A stretch of DNA of 61,967 bases, counting the filler, from Dimargaris cristalligena (taxonomy: Eukaryota), in NCBI GenBank assembly GCA_003614675.1. It is 15 parts of 15 records of this genome, joined end to end, with 100 filler letters (N's around TTAATTAATTAA, not from the genome) between each part and the next. Parts side by side here need not be neighbours in the genome. Positions count along the whole stretch, not along the records: positions 20,840 to 24,888 come from ML003838.1; positions 24,989 to 29,037 come from ML003839.1; positions 29,138 to 33,181 come from ML003840.1; positions 33,282 to 37,325 come from ML003841.1; positions 37,426 to 41,454 come from ML003842.1; 10 more parts are not named here. The stretch is one strand, 5' to 3'. Both the position numbers and the translations under genes were made by a program. This document shows positions 23,921-37,480 of the stretch, one piece after another; the stretch's first letter is position 1, and each line of letters starts with the position of its first letter. The notes below the pieces were generated by a model, which was not told where the DNA came from, ran no database searches, and saw only the letters and a list, made by a program, of their open reading frames with translations.

Positions 23921-24803
23921 GGTGGGCAAATGGGGAAGGCTGGGAATAACGGAAAAAGAATGCGAAACCAAGAAGGTAATATGTAGACCAAAAGAGAAGG
24001 GAGGGGAATCCTTATTTCAATCAGACGGTAGTGAATGGTACGATTGTTTCTGAGAAAGCCCACCACCGCCTTGGCAGACCAGTCGTAGTAGTAGTGATTC
24101 CCACCCAAACAAAGTAGAATATAGGGTAGGTAGCCGGTTTAACCCACTGCTCGCATTCCCTCTTCACTAGCACACAAGGCACCGCCATTGCGTGGCTTAG
24201 TACCCGCTATTTGAATACCCGCATAATGTCCACGGCCCAGCAAGCTTACAAAGGCTGGTCAAACAATCTCACCTGTACACCAGCACGCCTACACACACAT
24301 ACCCCAGGGCGCAATTGCTGGAAAACAGTCCAATCTTATCAGAACAACGCGTGTCAAGAAATACTTGGTAGAAAATCACCGTACACTTACACTAGTGGAG
24401 AATACCACCCTTCATATAGCAGGGTTTCGCCGGGGGCACCCAACCAATATTTCTGGGCTGGTCACTGGAGATTCTTGTATAGGTCATTGGAAGGTCGATT
24501 CTGTTAGAAAAGGGTAGGAACTAGACTATATCCGTTAGATAAGTGTGGATCTTTGTGTACCGAGTCACTTAAAGACTACCAAGGCGCTAGGGCATCCAAA
24601 GATGGGGGTGACTTTCCCGACACTGACGGCAATACAAAAACATACCAGCTGCCAATTACCTATTGACAATGCGAAAAACGTGCTATTTATTAGAACATTC
24701 GAATAGAAAGGGGATTGGATCAGAAGTATTTCATCGGGCACTTATTTTCGGATATTCTCCCAAGTACGTGCCTACGGAGTTGGGCCTTGAGTGGTAGTAT
24801 AAC

Positions 24804-24888
24804 TCACTCCCAATTGCCCCAATCGTCGTCATCCTCGGCGCTGCCGCCATTTTCCTTCTTGGTGTTAGCGGTAGCCGTATCCACTTTC
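24804..24888 (-). CDS. 3' end of a protein with an acidic C-terminal WxxW tail (possibly an ArfGAP or other COPI-binding protein)
   Basis: Reads KVDTATANTKKENGGSAEDDDDWGNWE*; the rest of the gene is beyond the contig end. Confidence 0.5.
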
Positions 24889-25374
24889 NNNNNNNNNNNN
24901 NNNNNNNNNNNNNNNNNNNNNNNNNNNNNNNNTTAATTAATTAANNNNNNNNNNNNNNNNNNNNNNNNNNNNNNNNNNNNNNNNNNNNTTTTATCACCTA
25001 TCTTTTCAAATAAAGTTCAGTTTTCAAGGATTTGAGTTCAGTTTTTTACATAGGCCACTCTATAACCTTAAATCTTTGCTTGGCAATCCATTTTTGGGCA
25101 GATTTAGCTATATATTTGGGGTTATTATCCTGTTATAAGATTATTTTATTAATGCTAATTTGATAATTTTCAACTATGGAGAGTAGATACTCCTTAAGGA
25201 CACTCTTATAGAGGTGCTGGTTAAGTATTTTGTCAATTTTAGCCATATAGCTAATACCACTGGATGTAATACAGCTTTAAAGCTTGATACCCCCACTTCA
25301 ATATTTGACAGTTTTATCAATATGGTACAGTTGTACCTTCTTAGTAATATATTTTCATATGTATTAGTCCCCAT

Positions 25375-26548
25375 TGTTGGACCATCTAATCTACCCTAAC
25401 CTAGCTGACTTAGTGTCTGATTATTTTAGGCCTTATAGTACCATATTAGCTTTCCCATAGTCAAACTCAGTACCATGGGATCACCATCTATTATGTAACC
25501 CACCCCTGGCTAAACTGCACCTTATTGCACTAATCACTTGAGTGCTAATCCAAAGACTCTTCCAGTTACCATCAGAGTCTTCTGGATACTAATAGACATC
25601 TGGTTGGCCTATTTACTTATCCATTAGTCTTAGTAGTATCCTTCCCTTAGGACCTCCCTCTGGAGTCATTCCTGTATATATATAACTGGACCCTATTAGG
25701 ACTTATTAATATCCTTAGCTAATTCTTTCCCCTCATTTATCCAATAAATATCTATATATACTTACCCCCTTATACTGACTATTAAGTATACTCTACTACA
25801 TACCCATTATATATATATTGTATCTAGCTGCTGGGCTATTTAATCCACCCTAATCCAGACACACTAGTATCTATCCCTATTAGACCTTTTAGTACCATAT
25901 TAAAATTCCCTTGGTCACCCCTGGTACTATAGTATTACCCTATATCATATAACTATTCCCCTTCCAGACTCCACCTTTTCACACTAATCACCCAGGTGCT
26001 GATCTGAAGACTCTTCTGGTTACCATCAGAGTCTTTCGGTTACTAGTAGCTATCTAGTTGGCTTATTCACCTATTTGCTAGCCTTAGTAGTATTCCTCCC
26101 TTGGGACCTCCTTCTGGAGTTATCTCCATATATATATAACCAAGCCCTATTGGGACTGGTTAGATTCTTTAGCTTATTCTTACCCCCCCAGGCTTACCCT
26201 AATAAACCCTATATATACTCATTGCCCTTGTATTAACTAGTAAGTGTGCTCACTACATTCCCTTGCCTGCACCTGTATTTGTAGCCTTTATTAGTTAGTA
26301 CCATACCCCTACCTAATGCTAGCAACCTGCTTGGCCAAGCCCAAGCCCTGTCTACCATCAGAAGCCTATCCTCGGGACTCTTGATAGACTAAGAGTGGTT
26401 AACCTAGGTGACACTAGCCTTTATTGTTTAGTACAGTGCCTTTGTACTTAATACTAGTAACCACTTAGCCAAACCTATGTGCACCCTACCATTGGAAGCC
26501 TATTACATGGGACTCTTGATGGGCTAAGAGTAGTTAACCTGTGTGATA
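25375..26548 (+). mobile_element. Tandem cluster of heavily mutated family A LTR copies (about 25375-25870, about 25880-26413, and a 3' piece at 26414-26548)
   Basis: Repeated ccatcagagtctt, tatataac, aataaa and gactcttga..ggctaagagtggttaacc blocks homologous to 1037-1606. Confidence 0.85.
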
Positions 26549-27467
26549 ACTGTGAAATATGCATTCTTTACCTTCCCTTAAACCATGAACCCATTCCTTG
26601 AACTCATCACTAATGGACATCACATCACTATACTGACACTGGGGTTTAGAGGGCTCACAGCCAGCCACATCCACTAGTAGTACTACTTATCCACTTAGTA
26701 CTAATTCAATATACATATGTAATTCAAAGGCAGTTAAGTGGCTAGGAATAGAGCAATACACTAAGTGTAGTAGGTATTATATATAATAGCCAGGTTGGGC
26801 AGGCAATGTGATGGTAGATAGATTACATTCTAATACATTCCAATACATAATAAAAATAATAGCAGTTTATTTAAGGACATGGGTCAATAATTCGCCATTT
26901 AGTTTGTTTTGTTTTATTCCTCTGGGGTGATGTGTTGTTATTGTACTGTTGGGGGAAGGCCACCCTCTTCCAGTAGAGCGGGGGGGGGGGGTTAATGGAC
27001 AACAGCATGTTCCAGCGAGTATCTCACCCCCAGGAGAGGAGTACTGCGGAGTAGACGATCCCCTCACCTATGCGGAGCAGTAGTCTCCCTCGGCTGCAAA
27101 ATAGCACAGAAAATTGTGACAAACCAGTTAAGAAAGGTATTATGTATATCGATGATATAAGACAGGGTAATTAGTAGTAATAGTATAGAAGTATTATAAA
27201 GATAAAATCGATGGTCATGAATAGTGGTTGTAACAAAAGCTTTCAATTAAGGTGGGAAGTTGCCAAACCGGAGGTGTCCACCTCTTCGGAAGAGTCCGGA
27301 GGTATGGTTCCTAAAAAGAAACAGAATCTAAATTAGATCAGTAAATACAGAAAATATATTATACCAATTACATGGGCTCAATTCGATGCTTGCTAGGATA
27401 ATAAACATATCGGGTAAGATACACTTCCACATGAAAGAGAGGGGCTACCATTTTACCAACTATTCGA

Positions 27468-29037
27468 TTAGCTGGTCCTACTCGGATCGGCGGCTACTTT
27501 CGTAATTTCAGCGAACATACGGCGGTTGATGCGAGGATGCCACGTAAAGGTGATCAGATAGGTGACGAAGGCAATAAGGGAGGCGACTATAAAGACAAAG
27601 TGGGAGTTCAAGGGGAACGGGTACCCATTCGCAAGGGACCAGCTCCAGAGAATGCCGGCCAGCATTGGGCCAATGGCCCGGGCCAACGAACCGACAGTCT
27701 GCGTGAATCCGTTGACGGTTCCCAAGGCCGCCCGATTCGGTACTGAGTTGCTGATAAGGATATTGGCGCTGGTAAAGCAAAGAGTTGCGCCACAGACTCG
27801 GGTAAAAAGAGCAGCGATGAGCGCAATCCAGGTGACGGTTCGGATGGGTTGGGGCTCCACTTCCGTTAAATTATGGAAATCCGCACTATGGTCAGTGCGA
27901 CGGTCGGCCTCCAGAAGGGAGATGAACGGGAAGATGAACAGCAAAACGGAGAAAAGGAGGGCACCGTAGCGGAAACAGAGAAGACTGCCCAAATAGCCCT
28001 GGACCTTAGGGTACATCACAATTTGAACGTATAATACCGATACCCCGGCAATGGATAAGGTAAGTCCAATCGTCTTGCTAGTTAGACCAATGCCGCCGAG
28101 ATCTGGGTCGGTGGCGGACCAGACGGGATAGAGTTCATCGACCATGGTGGCTAGTAGGGATAGACCAAAATAACCAGCGATACACTTCAGCGAATCCCGA
28201 TTGAAGGCAAGGGTCAGAGATGACCAAGCACCTAAATTACCCTGGGGGGACGGATTCAAAGGATCTTCTGAGCCGGTCTCTAGTGACTTGGTCAGCAAAG
28301 GTGTTGAACTATCTTCATCCAAATCACTATTAGTGTTATCCGTATCGATGTCGCAAATATCACAGTCAATACCCGTACCGGCTGACCGACAAGGTAGGTC
28401 ACTCACGGCATTGTAGTGGTTCGGCATGGCAGATGATGATGGGCCACGCGACGCACTGCCAAGCAGATGTTGGCGCTCATTGAATTCGGAAGCCGAGTCC
28501 AGAGAAGCGAGCGACACAGATGATGTGCTAAGATTGCCAGCGGTGGGTTTAACGGTGCCAGCTTCAGCATTTGATATCTGTTCATCCGCCAGTGTGGTCC
28601 CGGATGCCGACGCCAGATTCGGGACTTTGGGCATTTCCCGGTTGAGGGTTTCTTCCAGATAAAAGTAACCCAACATCCAACTACACATACTCAGAGCAGC
28701 ACAGAATAGACAGGGCAACAAATAAGGGTATTTGGCGAACAGTACACTGTCTCCAAAGATACTGGGGTAGTTGTCGACAGGGTTGGACAGGAGACCGCCT
28801 ATCATAGGCCCTACAATACTGCCCAAGTTCCAGCAAAGCGGCAGCAGACTAAACCCCTTGGCCTGGTTCATCTCGTCCGTGATTTCAGCCATAATAGTCT
28901 TGGCGGTACCGGCGTTGCCATTGAGAGAACCCCACAGGAGGCGCACCATCACCGCCCACAGGAGTGACTTACTCAGACCGAACAGAATGGAGCACACAAT
29001 GGTACCGAGGACCCCAATGAGTAGAATAGGTCGACGA
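27468..29037 (-). CDS. MFS transporter (ZIFL/YCR023C-like DHA1 type), 5'-partial
   Basis: RRPILLIG, LNGNAGTAKTIMAEITD, GPMIGGLL, YPYLLPC, LEETL, GTVNG...SLARAIGP; multiple TM segments and a long central loop. Confidence 0.92.
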
Positions 29038-32000
29038 NNNNNNNNNNNNNNNNNNNNNNNNNNNNNNNNNNNNNNNNNNNNTTAATTAATTAANNNNNNN
29101 NNNNNNNNNNNNNNNNNNNNNNNNNNNNNNNNNNNNNTCCCCGGTTGTCCTAGTTGTCCCTATCTGAAGATCAGATAAGAATTGTCCCCGCCAAAGTGCG
29201 TGTTTCCCTTAGCCAGTTAGTTTTTCCCACTAGACTGAGGCTGCTCCAGTTGGCCCTGATAAGGTTATCGGGCTATATTACCTTGTGGTATTAATTGTGA
29301 CCACAACAATGGTTGTTTTCTCAGAATAAAAATTACAACTTGGGTGTTAACTTTGCAAAGTCATGGAAATGTTTGCATACAGCTTATCATATCAGATAAA
29401 ATCTATTATAAACGTCAAAATAATTGAAAATCATTGGTGTCATCACAATTGGAGGGTAAACTGATAACCGAACGTTAAAGACTAATCACTGTGGTGCTCA
29501 CGGTACTACATATAGTATGTCATCAATATATCAGATATAAATACATAATAGCCAAATACTTGCTCCACTCTGGTTCAACTTGCACAATGACCATAACCCT
29601 GGTTGGTTTGCTATTGCCCGTGATTCATCGTCCAATAACGGATCATACTCGGGTTATTCATGCCGAACCCTTGATTTTCGCCCTTGACATTACATTTTAG
29701 TAGTAACCCTTAAACTCGCTGTCGCAGTATAAATACTGTCGGACCCTTCAACCTCTTAATAAACCGGATTACTTCAGAGCTACGTCTCTAGGAACAAGTA
29801 ATCATGCCCCTAGTATTATTATTGTGTTTTAGTATCACTCCTAGTATCATCAAGTGTGTTTTGAGTATCAGTATTATTGGGTATTTTCTAGTGTCTATTA
29901 TCCCTACATAATCGGTGGTAGGAAACTCTTCCGCCCTCCGTGTCCCTGTATCTCCCGAGCTCTCTACAAGAGACCCGTACCCCCACAGCCCTACAGGCAA
30001 TATGCGTATCAAATTGCAGCAAGACCGGTTGCGATGAAGGTCCTCCTCCAGCGTTAGCCCACTGCATCCAATCGAAGCCAATGAGTATCTTCCGGGGTAT
30101 TGCATTTGTATTGGGCAGCAGCATTGTCTCGGAGATGCTTAATGTCTCCCTTTTAAACCTATGACCATTGGTTGCCGAGGTATGGTTGGTGTCAGTGGAG
30201 CAAGTATAACCCCATTTTGTCTGGAGGAGGGGACTTACGCGGTGATATTGATTCAAGAAGGGGTAACGGGCCGGCCCCTCGAGTCCCCATGTCTCCCTGT
30301 CATAACCGTTACCGTCAGGGCCGAAGACAAGGGTTCAACCCCCGCCACCATCTTCGTCTTTCCCAGACATACACACGCAAAATATGGTGTGGAGGAGACC
30401 CTGGGTTTGGCAGCATAATGTACTATTCACCTTTGAATGATGGCTTTGGTGTGCCACCAATCATATTCACATGTTCGTGGTCTCGCCAGATCATACTGGA
30501 CAGTGGCTCCCCCATTCTGGTCAATCAGTATTTGGTTATCTCTTGTATTTCCAAGACAAACTGCGGAGTAGTACCGCCATCGGGCAAGAATGGTAAACGG
30601 GTGACGTGGGGCCAGGTCGCATTGTCAACCATTAGGTCGAATATAAGGGGCCTTGTGCAAGAATATGTCCAAATTGGACAATAAAAAACCTGTAAGATTT
30701 CGGGTTAAATTATAATTCAGGCCCTGTTGATGTCATTTTTAACAACGTAGTCTTGTGCTATTTCCCGGCAACTGGCTATTGCCAATTGTAAATATGGACT
30801 GGAGGTTATTCAGTGGTGGAATAATAGCAGTATAGATCGGTGTACCCTATATTATTGTTGACCACTCCTGTGCTGAACAAGAGGGAATTGGTATCAAGAA
30901 AATCCCCGGCACTGGCACGCTGCTAATGAAACGACTCTTATTACCAGAATTTCAGGGTGGGTGTTAAGGATACCCGTAGCTATAGCTATCATTCGGAAAT
31001 CTGGTTCCTGGTTAGTCGATTTCCATAGCTAGCCGTGTTTCGTTAAGCGCGAGGCTGGACTAGGAGGGACCATGAAGGCTTTAGTATTGTTGGTATTCAG
31101 TGGCCCATGTCCCTATGTGATTTTGGGACAATCCCGTGAGGCACATGGTCATGATGACCTGAATAGTCAATATTGGTAGAAATGTCAATCCAGGGTGCGC
31201 GGTAGCATGGATAATTTCCAAGAGTCAGTGCTGGACTGACGAGCTGTACCTCACAATGCACCCACAGATTAGTCATCCTCCATCTGCTTTTCTATCATCT
31301 TCCGAGCTCTAAACTGAATGGTCAACAAAGAGCAAAGTGAATCCGGTTTAAGCCACCAATCCTGTTCAAAGTAATGGCCATGAATGGCCCTTTTTGATAT
31401 CCTTCTGAATCCATTTTTTAGAAATTCCACCGTGGTATACTATAGTAAAATTGCCCAATATTGGCCTTACTTCTCCGACAGCAGTTTTTGCAAAAAAAAA
31501 ATCCAAGTATATAAGGAGCACCAGTTTTCCTCGGTTTATTCTCCAGCAATTTTATTTTCAGCCTCAGTAACTTTAATACGATGTCAATATTAAAATTGTT
31601 GTTACTTCAAATCCCATGTGGCCCAGCAAGCAACCGCCGGTCGCTCCCTGCTAAGTGGCAGAAAAAACACAATCTATTCCGCTCCCAAAAGAGCAAGAGA
31701 GATGATTCCTCTCATCATCTGGAGAGGGATTTTCCTGATTTCGATCCGAAGGCACCCCGCCTCGTGATCGAAGGTGGGTCTCCCCCACCCCCTCCACTAA
31801 CCTGGGATTAAATGTCCCCGGGATACCCGCCATTGTGTGGGGTTAGTACGCCATGGGAGGTAAATACCTGTATCCCATCGCGTTTTTAATAAATTGTATA
31901 TTTTTGTAATATCTAATAAATCAAGGACAGCTCCGCTATTTATACTGTCCGGATTTCTAACATTTATGCGTTGTTAATGTATATATCTATAATGGTATAT

Positions 32001-33069
32001 TGTGGGCGGTGTATTTCGTTAGAAGTGTAGTACTCGGACACTTAATTAATTAATCTGCGCTCGTGTGCTCTTTTATACTGATAATACCTCTGGGGCTGGG
32101 TGCATGAATCATGTAGTGGCGGTGGAGGTTAACTTTGGCTGGATTCAATGGAATTACATCCTTTGAGCAACTGGTATAGGTGACATAGATAAATAATTTG
32201 TAGGGTGTTGGTAAATATCCGAAGGTTGTCTTACTGGTATCCATCTTGGAAAAAGTGACATTTTCCACAACCTTTGTTAGCTGTGTGTCAACGGATTTTC
32301 ATAATAGCTAGTGGATATAACTAATACTCCATATTGGTGGGCTTTCCCCTTTTCCTATAAAAAAATATTCGACTGTCGTTTTGATCCTGTCAAGCCGGGC
32401 CAATATTCACCAATTCATTTGGCCTACTGGCACCATGACCATTATTTACATATACCTCTTGGCCTAATGGAAATCATAATGTTTAATCAAAGATTGGGTA
32501 TAATACTGAATATTGCTCTTCCAGTATGTTCACCGGCCTGAGAACGGCTGTAAGAGATCCAGATTTGTCTAATCGAATTAGCTACTTCTAATAAGCTTGC
32601 AACCATCCAATGGGGCCGGATGCCGCAATGCCCAAATACTGTAGAGATTACCTGACTCCTCCAACAAAAATGCACTGCTCGAAGGGCAATAAACAGTTAC
32701 GAATCCTATTAGCCATGTTAAACAAAGCAGTGTATAAATTTGGAAAACTACATCTTGGTTAAATTATATCTTAATAGAACACCAATAAAAAAATTATCAT
32801 GTCTAGTGTCTGAACCAAATGGCCCCCCTACTTGGCAATAATGGTAATTCCCACCCCCCACCCTCAATTTGAGTGTAAAAAATCACCTTTATTAGTTAAT
32901 AGGAGTATGTTATTGGCTGTTATGCTAAATATTCTAACCTATTATGGTCAGGGCCTTTCTACACTAGTCACTAGTATAAGGCTATATTATATCATAGCGC
33001 CTTTCCCATAGTGGTGTAACACACAGGGCAAGTTGGGCCAACTAACTATAATGTCAAGTGGGGGCTTTC

Positions 33070-33181
33070 TGTTGGAATACTAAGGACTTAAAGGAAATAA
33101 AACTGGAAGAAAGGGAAGAAAGCAGCTAGAGGATGGTAGGTGCCTCTAGGTGGTTAGTTTTATTGAACTGTAATTTTCTGT
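33070..33181 (-). mobile_element. Partial Copia LTR, family D
   Basis: Reverse complement of the 3' half of 36306-36528 and 40521-40743; keeps the canonical ...CCAACA end. Confidence 0.85.
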
Positions 33182-33281
33182 NNNNNNNNNNNNNNNNNNN
33201 NNNNNNNNNNNNNNNNNNNNNNNNNTTAATTAATTAANNNNNNNNNNNNNNNNNNNNNNNNNNNNNNNNNNNNNNNNNNNN

Positions 33282-33609
33282 GTAGTTCCCCCTTCAGGAC
33301 CTCCCCTTGGGAGGCATCCTCAGCGTATATATAACCGGGCTCCCCTTTGGGACCGGTTAGCACCTTAGCTTATTCTTACCCCCATAGTTTACCTCAATAA
33401 ACTCTATATACGCTCACCCCCTAGTACTGACCAGTAAGTGTGCATCCAGTGCACGGACCTCGCCTATGTCCTATACTTGCTTTATTCGGTTAGCCTCATC
33501 ACCGCCCCTAACACTAGTAGCCTGCTTGGCCATGTCCAGCGCCCTGCCTACTGTTAGAAGCCTACCCCCGAGACTCTTGATGGACTAAGAGTGGTTAACT
33601 CGGGCGACA
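33282..33609 (+). mobile_element. 3' half of a family A LTR, little mutated
   Basis: Homologous to 1290-1606; ends CGGGCGACA. Confidence 0.9.
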
Positions 33610-33879
33610 GTAAATAATAAATTTACATAATAAAACCAATAATAAAAAGAATAGTAATAAAATCAATAAACTACTAATAATTAAGCATGAACATGCATAT
33701 TCAATTATAGGGATAGTATGCATCCACTAATAGAAATATAAATAAAATCAAAGGAAAAATTTGTATGGAAGAAATGGATTAATAGGGAAGGGAAAAAAAC
33801 TGGATACACTAGATAAAAAAACTGCTTCATACCTGTGACAATCAAGGGGACACTCCACCTTGCCATACCATGCCCCACA

Positions 33880-35188
33880 TCACTGTGCAAGCCATCATCC
33901 AGTTTCTCATAGAGGACATTATCAGCATATATAGATACCCCTGGATCCTCATCTCTAACCATGGCAAACAATTCACTGCAAGCCTCCTCCAACAAACTCT
34001 GTAACTCCTAGGGGTAGACCACCATATGGCTATTCCCTACCATCCCCAAAGCAATGGAGCTGTAGAGCATCTCAATGGGACCCTTAAGCATATGATCACC
34101 AAACATTCCTCAGGGGATAACCCCCAATGGGACCAACACCTCACCCTCTACCTATTTGCCTACTGCACCCCCCACATCTGTGTGATCACCAACAAACCAT
34201 TCTTCCTGATGTACAGGCACAATCCCTATATGCAAGTCAATATTGCCTTAAATGTAGAACCCAGCACCCTGCAAGCCTCTACTGGCTCTGCCTATGCTGA
34301 CAAACTACACAACCAGCTTCATAAGGCCTACCAACATGTCCACCACAAGCCAGGACCCAAGTCAACTAACCCCATACAATATTACCCCGGTGACCACATT
34401 CTTGTCTGAGTCCTGCACAGGCTGCTATCCCTACAGGCCCCCTTTGAGGGACCTGTCTCCATTGAAGGTATCTGTGGGGATAATACCTACACCATTACTC
34501 TGGTGGTACATGACAAATGCTGCCCACAGGAACAAGTCTCCGGCAACTAGATCATTCCATTTGTTGAAGGCCTCAAGGATGAGGCTCTAGTAGAAGAGGG
34601 TGATATTAGCCCTCCTAATCTAACCTAATCTAGTTAGATGATTGTCAGTTATATCAGGCCTTATAGTACTATATCAAACCCCCCCATGGTCACCTCTGGT
34701 ACTATGGGTCTATCAATAATCATATATAACTCCTCCTTTTGGTCTCCCTGGTGCTCACACTAATCACTCCACCATCAATCTGAGAATTCTTCTGGTTCCC
34801 ATGAGAGTCTTCCAGATACAAGGACCACCTGGCTGGCCTACTAATCAATACCTTAGATATATAGTACTTTCCCTTGGGGACCTCCCTTTGAAGTTGTCCC
34901 CCACATATATATAACTAGGCCTGATTGGGACCAGTTAGGATCCCCAGCTTATTCCTACCCCTTAGTTTACTCAATAAACCCTATATATACTCACCTGCCC
35001 CTTATACTGACCAATAAGTGTGCATTGCTGCATATCCCTTACATTATTAACCACACTTGCCTTTATTTGGTTAGTACCTGACCATACCTAATACTAGTAG
35101 CCCACTTGGCTGAGCCTGAGCCCCGCCTACTATTTGAAGCTTAACCTCAAGACTCTTGATAGACTAAGAGTGGTTAACTTGGGTAACA
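33880..35188 (+). mobile_element. Decayed Ty3/Gypsy 3' end: integrase core, PPT and family A 3' LTR (about 34604-35188)
   Basis: ILISNHGKQFT...PYHPQSNGAVEHLNGTLK...W...L...LFAY...PFFLMY is a mutated rve core. A purine tract AGTAGAAGAGGG lies just before the family A LTR. Confidence 0.88.
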
Positions 35189-35634
35189 GCACTATTGATA
35201 CAGTTAAGTAGGCTATACATATAGTTAGTCAGTATACTCATGCAAGCAATTAATATATGGATTAGTATGTATGATTTCACATATAAGGGATAACTTTTCC
35301 CCCTCTTTTTTTTCTGTATGTTAAATTTTAGTATCTATTATTTAGTATTATTTTTCTCTCATCTTTTTTATTTATATAATAAAGTTGCTTTTACTACCAC
35401 TTTAGTTACTTAGATTTTATATACCTTTGAAGTTATAGTTACCATAGAAATGGTCCTTTTGAGCTTCCAGACTAGTATTACATTTACTTTGATTTAAACT
35501 AGTGAGTTTTATTATAAAAGTATAATATTTTAAGGAATTTCATAGAGTAACTAACCAGTTCACCTGGAGAAGCTACCCTACCATTTTGATAATGTTTGAT
35601 TATTTATTTTAGTGGCTTAACACTACCACATTAT

Positions 35635-36130
35635 GATAGCAGGGCTTAGGCTTAGCTAAGTAGGCAACTAGCATTAGGTATGGGGCACAGTAACAAACCA
35701 ATAAAGGCCAAGCAATTAGGATAGGTAAGGGATATATAGTGAGCACACTTACTAGTCAGTACAAGGGGGGTGAGCATATATAGAGCTTATTAGGATAAAC
35801 TAGGGGGTAAAAATAATCTATGGAAGCTAAATAGTCCAAATAGGGCCCAGTTATATATATACTAAGATAACTCTAGAGGGAGGTCCCTTAAAAAAGATAC
35901 TACTAAATGAAGGTATAGATAAATAGGCTAACTAGATAGTCATAAGTATCCAGAAGACTTAGTTAGTAGCCAGAAGACTCTTTAGATTAGCAAATGAGTG
36001 ATTAGTATAAAGAGGTAGTCTGGAAGGGGAAAAGTAATATGGTAAGGATAATCCTATGTTACTGGATGTGCCATAGGAAGACTATTATAGTGTGATGTGG
36101 CTTGATATTGTTGGATATCTAAGCCCATAA
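35635..36130 (-). mobile_element. Degenerate family A LTR, reverse orientation
   Basis: Reverse complement matches the family A body (cacacttactagtcagtacaag, gggcccagttatatata, agaagactc). Boundaries approximate. Confidence 0.75.
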
Positions 36131-36305
36131 GATTAAGGCATATTAGATAATTCAATACTGGCTCATGTAAGTTTTGAGTCACTCATTGGAAACAGTGTGA
36201 TTTTAAACAAAAGGGAATAGGGGAATATATAACTAGTTAAGGAACCATCAGTGTAAGGCATGCAACCCTTCTTAATTATTATTACAGTATCACATTTAGA
36301 CTAAA

Positions 36306-36528
36306 TATTGAAAAATATATTCCTACATGTTATTTTATCCTATCCTATTTCATGCAATTATGTTAGTTTATTCTGCTATCATGTGACTATTTATGTTAGC
36401 CACTTATATTTTATTCCATTAAAAATACAGTTTAATAAAACTAACTACCTAGAGGTACCTACTATCCCCTAGCTATTTTCTTCCCTTACTTCTAGTTTTA
36501 TTTCCTTTATGTCCTTAGTATTCCAACA
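36306..36528 (+). mobile_element. Solo Copia LTR, family D (223 bp)
   Basis: T(A)TTG...CCAACA with a perfect 5-bp TSD CTAAA; same length as, and homologous to, the Copia 3' LTR at 40521-40743. Confidence 0.92.
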
Positions 36529-37425
36529 CTAAATTCCTGGCCCTTAAATCTGGACAGCTTATTATAGGCTACTAATCTATTCCAGTTTTTATTATAACTG
36601 CCACCAGCCCAGCATAGTCAGTAAAATTTTACAACCTCCCAAGTAAGTAGACATTTAACCTCCTCCATCAACTGGGCACACTTAGATACAGGGTGTCCAT
36701 TTACTACCCAATGTACGATCAATAATCAATCACAATCTATCCCAAATCAATACTATGATAAAATAAGGCAAACTTCAATGCCTTCTTCAACAAGTATATA
36801 AACATCACCCTTTTTTTAGTAGGAAGGGTCAAACAAATATGGCATAGATCCAGCATAACTCCTCAAGATTTGTAATAATAATCAATTGTAGTAGAGTGTG
36901 AGGTAATTACTTTTAGGTAAATTGGCCTTTATTTATGAGACGGTTAATCAGACTATATAAAAATAAGTCAGATTGATGGGACAGGAGTTGCTTATTATTG
37001 TATACATATCCCACCCATTTAACCATATTTAGAACATTTAAAATGGTAGCTCATTTGACTAAATTCCATCTGCATAATTGAAAGAAAATTATACCATTAT
37101 AGCACCCGGCAATTCTCTTCCAGATGAAGGACACCAGATGAACTAACCTGGAAATTTAGACACAGTTGTTCCAGGTTGGCTATACTTTCTTTGTCACCAT
37201 ACACTCATCCGCCCTTAAATCCAGGACATTATCTAACCAATACCCACCTGTTGCATAGCCATTAGTCCCGTAAGTACACCACAGTCTAGGTAGACACCAA
37301 TGCAATGGTGCAACAGACCAGGGTGNNNNNNNNNNNNNNNNNNNNNNNNNNNNNNNNNNNNNNNNNNNNTTAATTAATTAANNNNNNNNNNNNNNNNNNN
37401 NNNNNNNNNNNNNNNNNNNNNNNNN

Positions 37426-37480
37426 CTTCCGATAAGTGCAAAAAATAGATAAAAAATAAAAGTAGGTAAAAAATGTGGTA
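37426..37480. mobile_element. Terminus of repeat family E (probable TA-targeting DNA transposon); other copies at 49532-49694 and 61913-61967
   Basis: cttccgataagtgc.aaaaatagataaaaa is shared by three contigs. Homology of two copies stops at the same ...AAAAAATGTGG-TA end. Confidence 0.6.
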
